Below are positions 39,101 through 54,100 of a stretch of DNA of 64,000 nt, piece by piece. The stretch's first letter is position 1. Every line of letters starts with the position of its first letter. The stretch lies in assembly GCA_963555995.3 (NCBI GenBank), contig OY821641.1:3296001-3360000 (forward strand). The letters run 5' to 3'. The position numbers and the translations under genes are program-made. Source of the DNA: Vicinamibacteria bacterium. GTDB taxonomy: Bacteria > Acidobacteriota > Vicinamibacteria > Marinacidobacterales > Marinacidobacteraceae. Below the pieces are notes generated by a model. The model saw nothing but the letters and a program-made list of their open reading frames with translations. It was not told where the DNA came from and ran no database searches.

Positions 39101-42100
39101 CCACCTGACCGCCCGCCTCGCCCACCAACGCAACCTCCCCATACCCCGACGCCGACAGCGCCCGCCCCCACGCCTCACGCCCCACCAGCGCGTAGTCCGA
39201 CCGATATACGTCATCGAAACGCCACCAACCCGGCAGCAGTCCGAACGTCAGGTCCAGCCAACCCCGCCGCTCCGTACCCTCCAGCAGCAACAACAACCCC
39301 GACGGCGCCAGCAACCGACGGCAGTGCGCCAGCGACTCCTCCAGGTCCCGCGTCGCGTGCAGCACGTTCGCCGCCACCAACACGTCGAAACCGTGCTCCC
39401 CGAACCCCTGCGCCAACGGGTCCCGCTCGATGTCCAGGACCCGATACCGCACCTCCGCGCCCGCATCCCCGAAACGCCGCTCCGCCGACGACAGGAAACC
39501 CGCCGACACGTCGGTGAACTCGTACTCCGTCCGACCCGACGGCAACGCCGCCAGCACCGCTCCCGTCGTCGCCCCCGTCCCCGCTCCCACCTCCAGGACC
39601 CGAAGGCGCCGGCCCTCCGGCAGACTCGCGACCGCCGCTCCCGCCGCCGCCCCCACCAGGCGGTTCAAAGCCCGCGCCCCCGGCGAACGCCAGTACAGCT
39701 CCGCCGCGCCCGCGCCCCCCTCCCCGAACAGCAACTCCACCGCGTCCGCACGCCCCCGCAACACCTCCGACAGCGATCCACCGCAGCGCGCCAGAACCTC
39801 ACCCTCCACCGAATCCCCACCCGCCCCCGGCGCCGAAACCCCCGCCGGCAGCGGCTCCGCCGAGCCCACCGTCACCAGCCATTCCCCCGCTACGTCCCGC
39901 GCCAGCACACCCCCCTCCTCCAAAAGCGCCAGCAAACGATCGAACAGGCGCTCGTGCTCCCCCGTCACCTTCAACCCACGGCGCAACTCCTCCCCGGCGA
40001 ACCGATCCCCACCAACACGCTCCCAGCCCAGCTCCTCCAGCGCCCGGAGCGCATACCACCGCGACTCCCGCTCCAGCGCTTCTCCCGCCGAAGCCAGCGC
40101 CCCCGCCTCCAACCCCTCCGCCGACAAGTACGAATCCACCGAACCCACCGACGACGCAACCTCCGACGGACCCTCCAGGAACTCCGCCGAACGCAACCCC
40201 ACCGGCGAACCCGCCCGCCAATCCACCTCATACAGCAGCTCGTCCACACCCACCCCCAGCAGCGACGAACGGCTCGCCCGACGCAGCCGGAGACCCTCCA
40301 CCCCCCCCAGCGCCTCTCCCGCCGGACCGTGGATCCCCAGGTCCACCTTCCAGTCCTCCCCCGTAGCCGACCCGGACGCCGGACCCGAGCCCTCCCGCAA
40401 CCGGACCCGGCAGAACACCCGCGCCGGCAGCGGACCCCCCAGCCACAGCCGCTCCCAACCCACCGGAAAACGCGCCCCCTCCTCCCCCGACAGACCCGAC
40501 ACACCCGACAGCGCCTGGAAACACCCGTCCAGCAGCACCGGATGCGCCAGCAGACCCCCACCCGACAACTCCGCCGGCAGCGCAACCTCCCCCAGCGCCT
40601 CCCCCGCACCCGACCACAGACCCGAAAGGCCACGGAACGCCGGACCGAACGCGATCCCCGCCTCCGCCAGCCTCCCGTACACCCCCGCCGGATCCACCTC
40701 CACGAGCCCCGCCCGCACCCCTTCCAAGTCCAAACCCTCGGACGCCTCCGCAGCCCCGGACGCCACCCGACCCGCCGCGTGCTCCTCCCACTCCGAGCTC
40801 GAACCCCCACGGCTCACCACCTCGAAGCCGCCCTCCGACCCCAACACCACCTGCACCGTCCGAACCTCCCCCTCCGAAAACACCAACGGACGCTGGATCT
40901 CCACCTCCTCGAGCGCCCACGGAGAACCCGATCCCGTCTCCCGCAGCGCCTCCAGGACCTGCACCGCATAGAGCGCCCCGGGCGCCAACACCTCCCCGAA
41001 CACCCGGTGGTCCCCGAGCCAACCCGGCGCGCTCCCCGACAACTCCGTCTCGAACGAGACCTCCCCGTCCCGCGCGTCACGGCGCCAACCCAGCAGCGCA
41101 TGCCCCCCCGCCGGACGACGCCGCGGCGCCTCCACCCAGTACCGCTCCCGCTGGAACGGATACGTCGGCACCGACACCCGCCGGCGCGTCTCCCCGGTGA
41201 ACAGACCCCCGAACGAAACGTCGAGCCCCGCCTCGTACGCCTCCCCCACCGCCCGAACCCACCCCTCGCTCCCGTCTCCCGCCGGAACCGACACCACCCG
41301 CAGACCCCCGTCCCCCGGCCACGCCGACGACGCCCGTTCCCCCAGCCCTCCTGACGGGCCCACCTCCACCAGCAGGCCCACGCCCAGCCCCGACAGCGTC
41401 TCCAGCGCCCGCTCGAAGCGCACCTCTCCTTCCGAACCCCAGGCGCCGGCCTCCAGAACCCCTTCCTCCACACGACCGCTCGCGCCGCGCACCAGCGGCA
41501 CCCCCGGCGGCGACGGCGCCCCCTCCCCACCACGGCCCAGCGCCAGCCGCAGCCCGTCCTCCAGATCCAACACCCCCGACGCGCACGCCGCCGCCGCCTC
41601 TCCCGCGCCGCAACCCCAGACCACCTCCGGAACCACCCCCACGCTCGCCCACAGCGCCGTCAGGCCCGCCTGCAGCGCATACCGCGCCGCCGCCGCCAAC
41701 GCCGCGTCCTCCGCCGCCCCCGGCCAGACATCCGGCGGCGGTCCCTCGTCCCCCAACGCCGCCGCGCAGCGGTCCACCACCTCACGGAACGCCGGCTCGA
41801 TCCCATACAGCTCCCGCCCCAGAGCGGACAACCCGCCACCCTCTCCCCCGTAGAGGAACGCGACCTTCCCGGCCGGCGGCTCCCCCGCCGCGCCCGCCGC
41901 GCCCGCCGCGCCCTCCGCCACCTGCCGCAGCCCCGCGCGCAGCGTGTCCTCGTCCCGGAACACCACCCCCGCGCGCCAACCGAAGTGGCTCCGACCCACC
42001 CCCGCCGTCCACGCCGCGTCCGACAGCGACGCGTCCTCGCCCAACCACTCCCCATACCGGCCCGCCAACTCCCGCAGCGCCCGCGCACTCCTCCCCGACA

Positions 42101-45100
42101 GCGGCAGCAACCGCACCTCCCGCTCCCGGAGCGCCGACGCCTCCGCCGGCACCGCCACCGCCGTCGGTTCCCCGGCCTGGCGCCGGAACTCCTCCACGAT
42201 GACGTGCGCGTTCGTCCCCGAATAGCCGAACGAACTCACCCCCGCGCGCCGCGGGCGGTCCGCCGCCGGCCAACCCGTCGCCTCCGACACCACCCGCACC
42301 GGAAGCTCCTCCCACGCGATCCGAGGGTTCGGACGCTCGAAGTGCAGGTGCCGCGGGATCTCCGCCGAACCCAGCGCCAGCAGCACCTTGATCAGACCCG
42401 CAACCCCCGCCGCCCCCTCCAGGTGACCCACGTTCGTCTTCACCGACCCCACCAGCAGCGGACGCTCCGGATCCCGGCCCTCCCCGTACGCCGCTCCCGC
42501 CGCCGCCACCTCCACCGGGTCCCCCAACTCCGTCCCCGTCCCGTGCGCCTCCAGGTAGTCCACCTCCCACGGCTCCAACCCCGCACGCAACAGCGCCTCC
42601 CCGATCACCCGCTCCTGCGCCGGTCCGTTCGGAACCGTCAAACCCGCGCTCGCCCCGTCCTGGTTCACCGCCGAGCCCAGCAGCACCCCCAGCACCCGGT
42701 CCCCGTCACGCTCCGCATCCGACAATCGCTTCAGCACCACCATCCCGCATCCCTCCCCCCGCACGTACCCGTCCGCCGACGCGTCGAACGTCTTGCAGCG
42801 CCCGTCCCCCGCCAGCATCCCACCGTCCGTGAACAGACCGGTCACCCCCGAAGTCAAGATCGCGTTCACCCCCCCCGCCAGCGCCAGGTCCGCCTCCCCC
42901 TGCAAAAGCCCCATCGCCGCCTGGTGCACCGCCACCAGCGACGACGAACACGCCGTGTCCACCGTGATCGCCGGGCCCGTGAGCCCCAGCGCGAACGAAA
43001 CACGTCCCACCGCCGTCGAGGCCGTCACCCCCGTCGCCCGATACAGGTTCCGCGCCGGCTCCACCGCCGACGACGCCACCAGCATCTGATACTCGCTCCC
43101 GCACACGCCCCCATACACCCCCGTCCGGCTCCCCCGCAGACGCCCCGGCGCCAGACCCGCGTCCTCCAGCGCCGCCCAGCTCACCTCCAGCAGCAAGCGC
43201 TGCTGCGGGTCCAGCAACTCCGCCTCCGACGGCGCGATCCGGAAAAACTCCGCGTCAAACCGGTCCAACCCCTCCACATACGCCCCATACGGACGCGCCG
43301 ACTCCGTCTCCCCGTCCACGAACAGCCCGTCCGGACGCCCCCGCGTCACCGCGCACCCCCCCGAACGCAGCAACTCCCCGAATCCTCCCAGGTCCGCACC
43401 CCCCGGAAAACGGCACGCCATCCCCACCACCGCAACCCGATCCGCTGCCGACGGACGCGCCACCACCCGCGGGACCCCCGACACGGGCTCGCCCCACCCC
43501 AACTCTCCCGCCAGGCGCCGCGCCAGACGCGTCGCGTCCGGGTGGTCGAACACCGCCGTGTTCGACATCGTCAACACTCCACCCAACGCCCGGTTCACCC
43601 GGTTCCGCAACTCCACCGCCATCAGCGAGTCCATCCCCAGCTCGAAGAACCCCGCGTCCGCGGGCGGCAACGACCGCAGCCGCAGCACCGACGCCAGCTC
43701 CTCCCGCAGGAAGCCCACCAGCGCCGCCTCCCGCTCCGGCTCCGGCAGCCCCCGCAGGCGCTCCCCCAGGTCCCCGCGCACCCCACGCTCCTCCACCGCC
43801 TCCGCACGCACCAGCTCCTCCAGCAACGGCGGCGGCGACGACAGCGACGTCCAGTCCACCGACGCCGCAACGCTCCTCCCCACGTCCGCCCGCACCAGCC
43901 GCGTCAGCGCCTCCAGCCCGCGCTCCGGCGCCATCCACCCCTCCCCATACGCCGCGACCCGGCCCGCGATCCGCTCCCGCTGCTCCTCCGCCTCCCCCAC
44001 GCCCGACCACGCCCCCCACGCGATCGCCTGGCCCGCCAAACCACGCGAGCGCCGGTGCGCCGCCAACTGGTCCAGGAACGCATTCGCCGCCGCGTGGTTC
44101 GCCTGACCCGCGCTCCCGAACACCCCCGCCGCGCTCGAAAACAGCACGAACAACTCCAGCTCCCGGTCCTCCGTCGCCCGGTGCAGCCGCCACGCCCCCA
44201 GGACCTTCGGCCACAGCACCTCCTCGAAGCGTCCCCAGTCCAGGTTCACCAGCGCCCCGTCCGACAGCACCCCCACGCAGTGCAGCACCCCTCCCAGCGG
44301 CGGCAGCTCCTCCTCCACCCGCCCCAGCATCGCCGCCACCGCAGCCCCGTCCGTCACGTCCGCAATCTCCACCCGAACCTCCACCCCCCGACCCCGCAGG
44401 CTCTCCACCGCCGCTTCCGCCGCCGCGTCCGGCGCCCGGCGACCGTTCAGCACCACCGCACCCGCACCCCGGTCACCCAGCCACCCGGCGACCGCCAGAC
44501 CAACGCCCCCCAGGCCCCCCGTCACCAGGTAACTCCGGTCTCCACGCAAACGCCCCCCCGCCAACGCCGACGGCAGCAGCACGTTCTTCCCCACGTGACG
44601 CGCCTCCCGCATCGTCTCCAACGCCCCTCCCGCTTCCAGCAGCGGCCACCGGCCGAACGGAAGCGGCTCCAGCTCTCCCGAACCCAGGCGGCCCACCACG
44701 TCCCGCAACACCGAACCCAAACGCCCCGGGTCCTCTCGACCCAAACGGTCCACCCCCAAGACCCAATACCGCACCTCCGGCCGCAGCTCCGCAACCTCCG
44801 CCGCACTCCAGATCCCACGCTTCCCCAACTCCACGAAACAACCCCCCTCCCGCAAACACCCCAGCCCCGCCTCCACGAACCCCGCTCCCGTCAGGCTGTT
44901 CAGAACCAGGTCCACCCCCTCACCCCCCGTCGCCGCCAGCACCCCCTCTCCGAATCCAACGTCCCGGCTGTCGAACACCCAGCGAACACCCAGCGAACGC
45001 AGGTACTCCTGCTTCGGCGCGCTCGCCGTCGAATACACCTCATGCCCCGCCGCCCGCGCCAGCCGGATCGCCGCCTGGCCCACGCCCCCCGTCCCCGCGT

Positions 45101-48100
45101 GGATCAATACCCGAGAACCCGACCGCAAACCCGCGAACCGATACGCCAACTCCGCCGTCACGTACGCCACCGGCACCGTCGCCAGCTCCCCCGCCGTATG
45201 CCCCGCCGGCGCCAACGCCAACAACTCCGCCCGCGTCACCACCTCCGGTCCGAACGCGCCCGCCGCGAACCCCAGCACCCGCTCCCCGACCGACAAACCC
45301 GAAACCCCCGACCCCAACTCCACGACCCGACCGCACACCTCTCCGCCCAGCAGAAGCTCCTCCTCCAGAAGCCCCATCCCGAGCATCACGTCCAGGAAGT
45401 TCACCCCCGCCGCCTCCACCGCAACCCGGACCTCCCCCGCTCCCAGAGGAACCTCCGGAACCGACTCCGCCCGCAGCCCCGACAACGATCCATCCGCATC
45501 CGGCGACAACCGCCAGCCGCCAGCCTCCGGCAACTCCACTCCCGGTCCCGAGCGCACCAGCCGGGGCACCAGCCGCCCGCCTCCCCGCAACGCAACCCGC
45601 GGCTCCCCGTCCGGCCACACCAACTCGTCCGCCAACCGCTCCGCCGTGAACGGACCCCCCGGGTCCACGTCCACCAGCCGGACGTTCAGGTCCCGGTGCT
45701 CCAGGCCCGCCACCGCACCAAGACCCCACAGCGACGCACCCGACAGCGCGCCCCCCCGCTCCCCGCCCAACACCTGCCCCCCCCGCGTCACCAGCCACAG
45801 ACCCGAGGCCGGCGCCGTCCCCGCGTCCGACATCCCCTGCAACAGACTCAGGGCGCTCCCCCCGATCTCCTCCAACTCCAGCGAAAGCTCCGAAACCGTC
45901 GCCCCCGCACTGTCTCCCCGAACCGCCGCCAGGTGCGCCACCCCACGCAACGGAGCGTCTCCCGCGAGCGACGCGAAGAACCGGCGCCAACCCTCCCGGT
46001 CCGCCGACCCCGAGGGACCGAACGACACTTCCTGGCCCCGACGCGAAAGCTCCCCCGCCAACTCCGCCGCCACCGCCCCTTCCCCCGACACCACGAACAG
46101 GCCCCGCTCCCCCGCAACCGCCGCCGGGCCCCGCGCCGCCAGCACCACCTGACCGCCCGCCTCGCCCACCAACGCAACCTCCCCATACCCCGACGCCGAC
46201 AGCGCCCGCCCCCAATCCTCACGCCCCACCAGCGCGTAGTCCGACCGATACCCGTCCGCGAAACGCCACCAACCCGGCAGCAGTCCGAACGTCAGGTCCA
46301 GCCAACCCCGCCGCTCCGTCCCCTCCAGCAGCAACAACAACCCCGACGGCGCCAGCAACCGACGGCAGTGCGCCAGCGACTCCTCCAGGTCCCGCGTCGC
46401 GTGCAGCACGTTCGCCGCCACCACCACGTCGAAACCGTGCTCCCCGAACCCCTGCGCCAACGGGTCCCGCTCGATGTCCAGGACCCGATACCGCACCTCC
46501 GCGCCCGCATCCCCGAAACGCCGCTCCGCCGACGACAGGAAACCCGCCGACACGTCCGTGAACTCGTACTCCGTCCGACCCGACGGCAACGCCGCCAGCA
46601 CCGCTCCCGTCGTCGCCCCCGTCCCCGCTCCCACCTCCAGGACCCGAAGGCGCCGGCCCTCCGGCAGACCCGCGACCGCCGCTCCCGCCGCCGCCCCCAC
46701 CAGGCGGTTCAAAGCCCGCGCCCCCGGCGAACGCCAGTACAGCTCCGCCGCGCCCGCGCCCCCCTCCCCGAACAGCAACTCCACCGCGTCCGCACGCCCC
46801 CGCAACACCTCCGACAGCGATCCACCGCAGCGCGCCAGAACCTCACCCTCCACCGAATCCCCACCCGCCCCCGGCGCCGAAACCCCCGCCGGCAGCGGCT
46901 CCGCCGAGCCCACCGTCACCAGCCATTCCCCCGCAACGTCCCGCGCCAGCACACCCCCCTCCTCCAGCAGCGCCAGCAACCGACCGAACAGCTTCCGGTG
47001 CTCCCCCGTCACTTTCAACCCACGACGCAACCCCTCCCCCGATACCCGGTCCCCCGACGACCGCTCCCAACCCAGCTCCTCGAGCGCCCGCAACGCATAC
47101 CACCGCGACTCCCGCTCCAACGCCTCCCCACCCGAAGCCAGCGCCGACGCATCCACACCCTCCGCCGACAAGTACCCATCCACCGAACCCACCGACGACG
47201 CAACCTCCGACGGACCCTCCAGGAACTCCGCCGAACGCAACCCCACCGGCGGCCCCGAACGCCACGCGACCTCATACAGCAGCTCGTCCACCCCCACCCC
47301 CAGCAGCGACGCACGGCTCGCCCGACGCAGCCGGAGACCCTCCACCCCTCCCAGCGCCTCCCCCGCCGGACCGTAGATCCCCAGGTCCACCTTCCGGTCC
47401 TCCCCCGTAGCGGACCCCGCGCCCTCCCGCAGCCGCGCCCGGCAGATCACCCGCTCCGGCAGCGGACCCCCCAGCCACAGCCGCTCCCAGCCCACCGGAA
47501 GGCGCGCCCCCTCCTCCCCCGACAGACCCGACACACCCGACAGCGCCTGGAAACACCCGTCCAGCAGCACCGGATGCGCCAGCAGTCCCCCGCCCGCCAA
47601 CGCCGCCGGCAGCGCAACCTCCCCCAGCGCCTCCCCTACACCCGACCACAGGCCCGAGAGAACCCGGAACCCGGGACCGAACGCGATCCCCGCCTCCGCC
47701 AGCCTCCCGTACACCCCCGCCGGATCCACCTCCACGAGCCCCGTCCGCACCCCCTCCAAGTCCAAACCCTCGGACGCCTCCGCAGCACCGGACCCCACCC
47801 GACCCGCCGCGTGCACCTCCCACTCCGAGCCCGAACCCCCACGGCTCACCACCTCGAAGCCGCCCTCCGACCCCAACACCACCTGCACCGTCCGGAACTC
47901 CCCCTCCGAAAACACCAACGGACGCTGGATCTCCACCTCCTCGAGCGCCCACGGAGAACCCGATCCCGTCTCCCGCAGCGCCTCCAGGACCTGCACCGCA
48001 TAGAGCGCCCCCGGCGCCAACACCTCCCCGAACACCCGATGGTCCCCGAGCCAACCCGGCGCGCTCCCCGACAACTCCGTCTCGAACGAGACCTCCCCGT

Positions 48101-51100
48101 CCCGCGCGTCCCGGCGCAGCCCCAGCAGCGCGTGCCCTCCCGCCCCACGACCGCGCGGCGCCTCCACCCAGTACCGCTCCCGCTGGAACGGATACGTCGG
48201 CAGCGATACCCGCCGGCGCTTCTCCCCGGTGAACAGACCCTCGAACGAAACGTCGAGCCCCGCCTCGTACGCCGCTCCCACCGCCCGAACCCAGCCCTCG
48301 CTCCCGCCTCCCGCCGGAACCGACACCACCCGCAGACCCCCGTCTCCCGGCCACGCCGACGACGCCCGTTCGCCCAGCCCTCCCGACGGGCCAACCTCCA
48401 CCAGCAGTCCCACTCCCAGACCCGACAGCGTCTCCAGCGCCCGCTCGAAGCGCACCTCTCCTTCCGAACCCCAGGCGCCGGCCTCCGGAACCCCTTCCTC
48501 CAGCCGACCGCTCACGCCGCGCACCAGCGGCACCTCCGGCGGCGACGGCTTCCCCTTCCAACCGCGGCCCGTCGCCAGCCGCAGCCCCCCCTCCAGATCC
48601 ACTACCCCCGACGCACGCGCCGCCGCCAACTCCCCCGCGCCGCAACCCCAGACCACCCCCGGAACCACCCCCACGCTCGCCCACAGCGCCGTCAGCCCCG
48701 CCTGCAACGCATACCGCGCCGCCCCCTCCTCCTCCGGGCCCTCCCCTCCCAGCGCCGCCGCGCAGCGGTCCACCACCTCGCGGAACGCCGGCTCGATCCC
48801 ATACAGCTCCCGCCCCACCGCGGACCACTCGCCACCCTCTCCCCCATAGAGGAACGCGACCTTCCCGACCGACGACTCCCGACCCTCAACCCCCTCCGCC
48901 ACCTGCCGTAGCCCCGCGCGCAGCGTGTCCTCGTCCCGGAACACCACCCCCGCTCGCCAACCGAAGTGGCTCCGGCCCACCCCCGCCGTCCACGCCACAT
49001 CGGAAAGGCGCTCCGCCAGCGGCGACTCTTCCGTCAGGAAGCCCAGATAGCGGCCCGCCAACTCCGAAAGCGCCCCCGGCGTCCGACCCGACAGCGGCAG
49101 CACCCGGTGAGCCCGTTCGGCGTGGCGCGGTTCGTCCGACGCCGAGGGACGCTCCCCGTAGCCCTCCACGATGACGTGCGCGTTCGTCCCCGAATAGCCG
49201 AACGAGCTCACCCCCGCGCGCCGCGGGCGGTCCGCCACCGGCCAACCCGTCGCCTCCGACACCACCCGCACCGGAAGCTCCTCCCACGCGATCCGAGGGT
49301 TCGGACGCTCGAAGTGCAGGTGCCGCGGGATCTCCGCCGAACCCAGCGCCAGCAGCACCTTGATCAGACCCGCAACCCCCGCCGCCCCCTCCAGGTGACC
49401 CACGTTCGTCTTCACCGACCCCACCAGCAGCGGACGCTCCGGATCCCGGCCCTCCCCGTACGCCGCTCCCGCCGCCGCCACCTCCACCGGGTCCCCCAAC
49501 TCCGTCCCCGTCCCGTGCGCCTCCAGGTAGTCCACCTCCCACGGCTCCAACCCCGCACGCAACAGCGCCTCCCCGATCACCCGCTCCTGCGCCGGTCCGT
49601 TCGGAACCGTCAAACCCGCGCTCGCCCCGTCCTGGTTCACCGCCGAGCCCAGCAATACCCCCAGCACCCGGTCCCCGTCACGCTCCGCATCCGACAATCG
49701 CTTCAGCACCACCATCCCGCATCCCTCCCCCCGCACGTACCCGTCCGCCGACGCGTCGAACGTCTTGCAGCGCCCGTCCCCCGCCAGCATCCCACCGTCC
49801 GTGAACAGACCGGTCACCCCCGAAGTCAAGATCGCGTTCACCCCCCCCGCCAGCGCCAGGTCCGCCTCCCCCTGCAAAAGCCCCATCGCCGCCTGGTGCA
49901 CCGCCACCAGCGACGACGAACACGCCGTGTCCACCGTGATCGCCGGGCCCGTGAGCCCCAGCGCGAACGAAACACGTCCCACCGCCGTCGAGGCCGTCAC
50001 CCCCGTCGCCCGATACAGGTTCCGCGCCGGCTCCACCGCCGACGACGCCACCAGCATCTGATACTCGCTCCCGCACACGCCCCCATACACCCCCGTCCGG
50101 CTCCCCCGCAGACGCCCCGGCGCCAGACCCGCGTCCTCCAGCGCCGCCCAGCTCACCTCCAGCAGCAAGCGCTGCTGCGGGTCCAGCAACTCCGCCTCCG
50201 ACGGCGCGATCCGGAAAAACTCCGCGTCAAACCGGTCCAACCCCTCCACATACGCCCCATACGGACGCGCCGACTCCGTCTCCCCGTCCACGAACAGCCC
50301 GTCCGGACGCCCCCGCGTCACCGCGCACCCCCCCGAACGCAGCAACTCCCCGAATCCTCCCAGGTCCGCACCCCCCGGAAAACGGCACGCCATCCCCACC
50401 ACCGCAACCCGATCCGCTGCCGACGGACGCGCCACCACCCGCGGGACCCCCGACACGGGCTCGCCCCACCCCAACTCTCCCGCCAGGCGCCGCGCCAGAC
50501 GCGTCGCGTCCGGGTGGTCGAACACCGCCGTGTTCGACATCGTCAACACTCCACCCAACGCCCGGTTCACCCGGTTCCGCAACTCCACCGCCATCAGCGA
50601 GTCCATCCCCAGCTCGAAGAACCCCGCGTCCGCGGGCGGCAACGACCGCAGCCGCAGCACCGACGCCAGCTCCTCCCGCAGGAAGCCCACCAGCGCCGCC
50701 TCCCGCTCCGGCTCCGGCAGCCCCCGCAGGCGCTCCCCCAGGTCCCCGCGCACCCCACGCTCCTCCACCGCCTCCGCACGCACCAGCTCCTCCAGCAACG
50801 GCGGCGGCGACGACAGCGACGTCCAGTCCACCGACGCCGCAACGCTCCTCCCCACGTCCGCCCGCACCAGCCGCGTCAGCGCCTCCAGCCCGCGCTCCGG
50901 CGCCATCCACCCCTCCCCATACGCCGCGACCCGGCCCGCGATCCGCTCCCGCTGCTCCTCCGCCTCCCCCACGCCCGACCACGCCCCCCACGCGATCGCC
51001 TGGCCCGCCAAACCACGCGAGCGCCGGTGCGCCGCCAACTGGTCCAGGAACGCATTCGCCGCCGCGTGGTTCGCCTGACCCGCGCTCCCGAACACCCCCG

Positions 51101-54100
51101 CCGCGCTCGAAAACAGCACGAACAACTCCAGCTCCCGGTCCTCCGTCGCCCGGTGCAGCCGCCACGCCCCCAGGACCTTCGGCCACAGCACCTCCTCGAA
51201 GCGTCCCCAGTCCAGGTTCACCAGCGCCCCGTCCGACAGCACCCCCACGCAGTGCAGCACCCCTCCCAGCGGCGGCAGCTCCTCCTCCACCCGCCCCAGC
51301 ATCGCCGCCACCGCAGCCCCGTCCGTCACGTCCGCAATCTCCACCCGAACCTCCACCCCCCGACCCCGCAGGCTCTCCACCGCCGCTTCCGCCGCCGCGT
51401 CCGGCGCCCGGCGACCGTTCAGCACCACCGCACCCGCACCCCGGTCACCCAGCCACCCGGCGACCGCCAGACCAACGCCCCCCAGGCCCCCCGTCACCAG
51501 GTAACTCCGGTCTCCACGCAAACGCCCCCCCGCCAACGCCGACGGCAGCAGCACGTTCTTCCCCACGTGACGCGCCTCCCGCATCGTCTCCAACGCCCCT
51601 CCCGCTTCCAGCAGCGGCCACCGGCCGAACGGAAGCGGCTCCAGCTCTCCCGAACCCAGGCGGCCCACCACGTCCCGCAACACCGAACCCAAACGCCCCG
51701 GGTCCTCTCGACCCAAACGGTCCACCCCCAAGACCCAATACCGCACCTCCGGCCGCAGCTCCGCAACCTCCGCCGCACTCCAGATCCCACGCTTCCCCAA
51801 CTCCACGAAACAACCCCCCTCCCGCAAACACCCCAGCCCCGCCTCCACGAACCCCGCTCCCGTCAGGCTGTTCAGAACCAGGTCCACCCCCTCACCCCCC
51901 GTCGCCGCCAGCACCCCCTCTCCGAATCCAACGTCCCGGCTGTCGAACACCCAGCGAACACCCAGCGAACGCAGGTACTCCTGCTTCGGCGCACTCGCCG
52001 TCGAATACACCTCATACCCCGCCGCCCGCGCCAGCCGGATCGCCGCCTGGCCCACTCCACCCGTCCCCGCGTGGATCAATACCCGAGAACCCGACCGCAA
52101 ACCCGCGAACCGATACGCCAACTCCGCCGTCACGTACGCCACCGGCACCGTCGCCAGCTCCCCCGCCGTATGCCCCGCCGGCGCCAACGCCAACAACTCC
52201 GCCCGCGTCACCACCTCCGGTCCGAACGCGCCCGCCGCGAACCCCAGCACCCGCTCCCCGACCGACAAACCCGAAACCCCCGATCCCAACTCCACGACCC
52301 GACCGCACACCTCTCCGCCCAGCGGCTGCTCCTCGTCCACCAGCCTCATCCCCACCAGCACGTCGTGGAAGTTCACCCCCGCCGCCTCCACCGCAACCCG
52401 GACCTCCCCCGCTCCCAGAGGAACCTCCGGAACCGACTCCGCCCGCAACCCCGACAACGATCCATCCGCACCCGGCGACAACCGCCAGTCCCCGCCCTCC
52501 GGCAACTCCACTCCCGGTCCCGAGCGCACCAGCCGCGGCACCAGCCGCCCGCCTCCCCGCAACGCAACCCGTGGCTCCCCGTCCGGCCACACCAACTCGT
52601 CCGCCAACCGCTCCGCCGCGAACGGCCCCGCCGGATCCACATCCACCAGCCGGACGTTCAGGTCCCGGTGCTCCAGACCCGCCGCCGCTCCCAGCCCCCA
52701 CAGCGACGCGCCCGACAGCCCGCCCCCCCGCTCCCCGCCCAACACCTGCCCCCCCCGCGTCACCAGCCACAGACCCGAGGCCGGCGACGCCCCCGCGTCC
52801 GACATCCCCTGCAACAGACCCAATACCCCCGAACCCAACTCGCGCAGCCGCCGCTCCAACTCCTCCACCGTCGCCCCCGTCTCGTCGCCCCCGACTCCCG
52901 AAACGTCCACCACCCCACGCAACCGCTCCTTCCCATCCATATCCCCGAAGAACGACTCCCACGCTTCCCGCTCCCCCCCCGCCGGTCCGCGCCGGACCTC
53001 CTGGCCCCGACGCGAAAGCTCCCCCGCCAACTCCGCAACCTCCGCCCCCTCGCCCGACAGCACGAACAGGCCCCGCTCCCCCGCAACCGCCGCCGGGCCC
53101 CGCGCCGCCAGCACCACCTGACCGCCCGCCTCGCCCACCAACGCAACCTCCCCATACCCCGACGCCGACAGCGCCCGCCCCCACGCCTCACGCCCCACCA
53201 GCGCGTAGTCCGACCGATATACGTCATCGAAACGCCACCAACCCGGCAGCAGTCCGAACGTCAGGTCCAGCCAACCCCGCCGCTCCGTACCCTCCAGCAG
53301 CAACAACAACCCCGACGGCGCCAGCAACCGACGGCAGTGCGCCAGCGACTCCTCCAGGTCCCGCGTCGCGTGCAGCACGTTCGCCGCCACCAACACGTCG
53401 AAACCGTGCTCCCCGAACCCCTGCGCCAACGGGTCCCGCTCAATGTCCAGGACCCGATACCGCACCTCCGCGCCCGCATCCCCGAAACGCCGCTCCGCCG
53501 ACGACAGGAAACCCGCCGACACGTCGGTGAACTCGTACTCCGTCCGACCCGACGGCAACGCCGCCAGCACCGCTCCCGTCGTCGCCCCCGTCCCCGCTCC
53601 CACCTCCAGGACCCGAAGGCGCCGGCCCTCCGGCAGACCCGCGACCGCCGCTCCCGCCGCCGCTCCCACCAGGCGGTTCAGCGCCCGCGCCCCCGGCGAA
53701 CGCCAATACAGCTCCGCCGCGCCCAGCTCCTCGCCGAACATCAACTCGAGCGGATCCCGACGGCCACGCAACACCTCCGACAACGACTCGCCGCAACGCC
53801 GCAGCAAACCCTCCTCCGCCGACCCTCCCGCCTCCTCCGAAACCCCGAATGACTCCGGCAGCGGCTCCTCCGAGCCCGCCGTCACCAGCCATTCCCCCGC
53901 AACGTCCCGCGCCAGCACGCCCCCCTCCTCCAGCAACGCCAGCAACCGGCCGAACAGACGCCCGTGCTCCCCCGTCACCCGCAACCCGCGACGCAACCCT
54001 TCCTCCGATACCCGCTCGCCCGAGGACCGCTCCCAACCCAACTCCTCCAGCGCCCGAAGCGCATATCCCCGCGACAGACGCTCCAGCGCCTCCCCCGCCG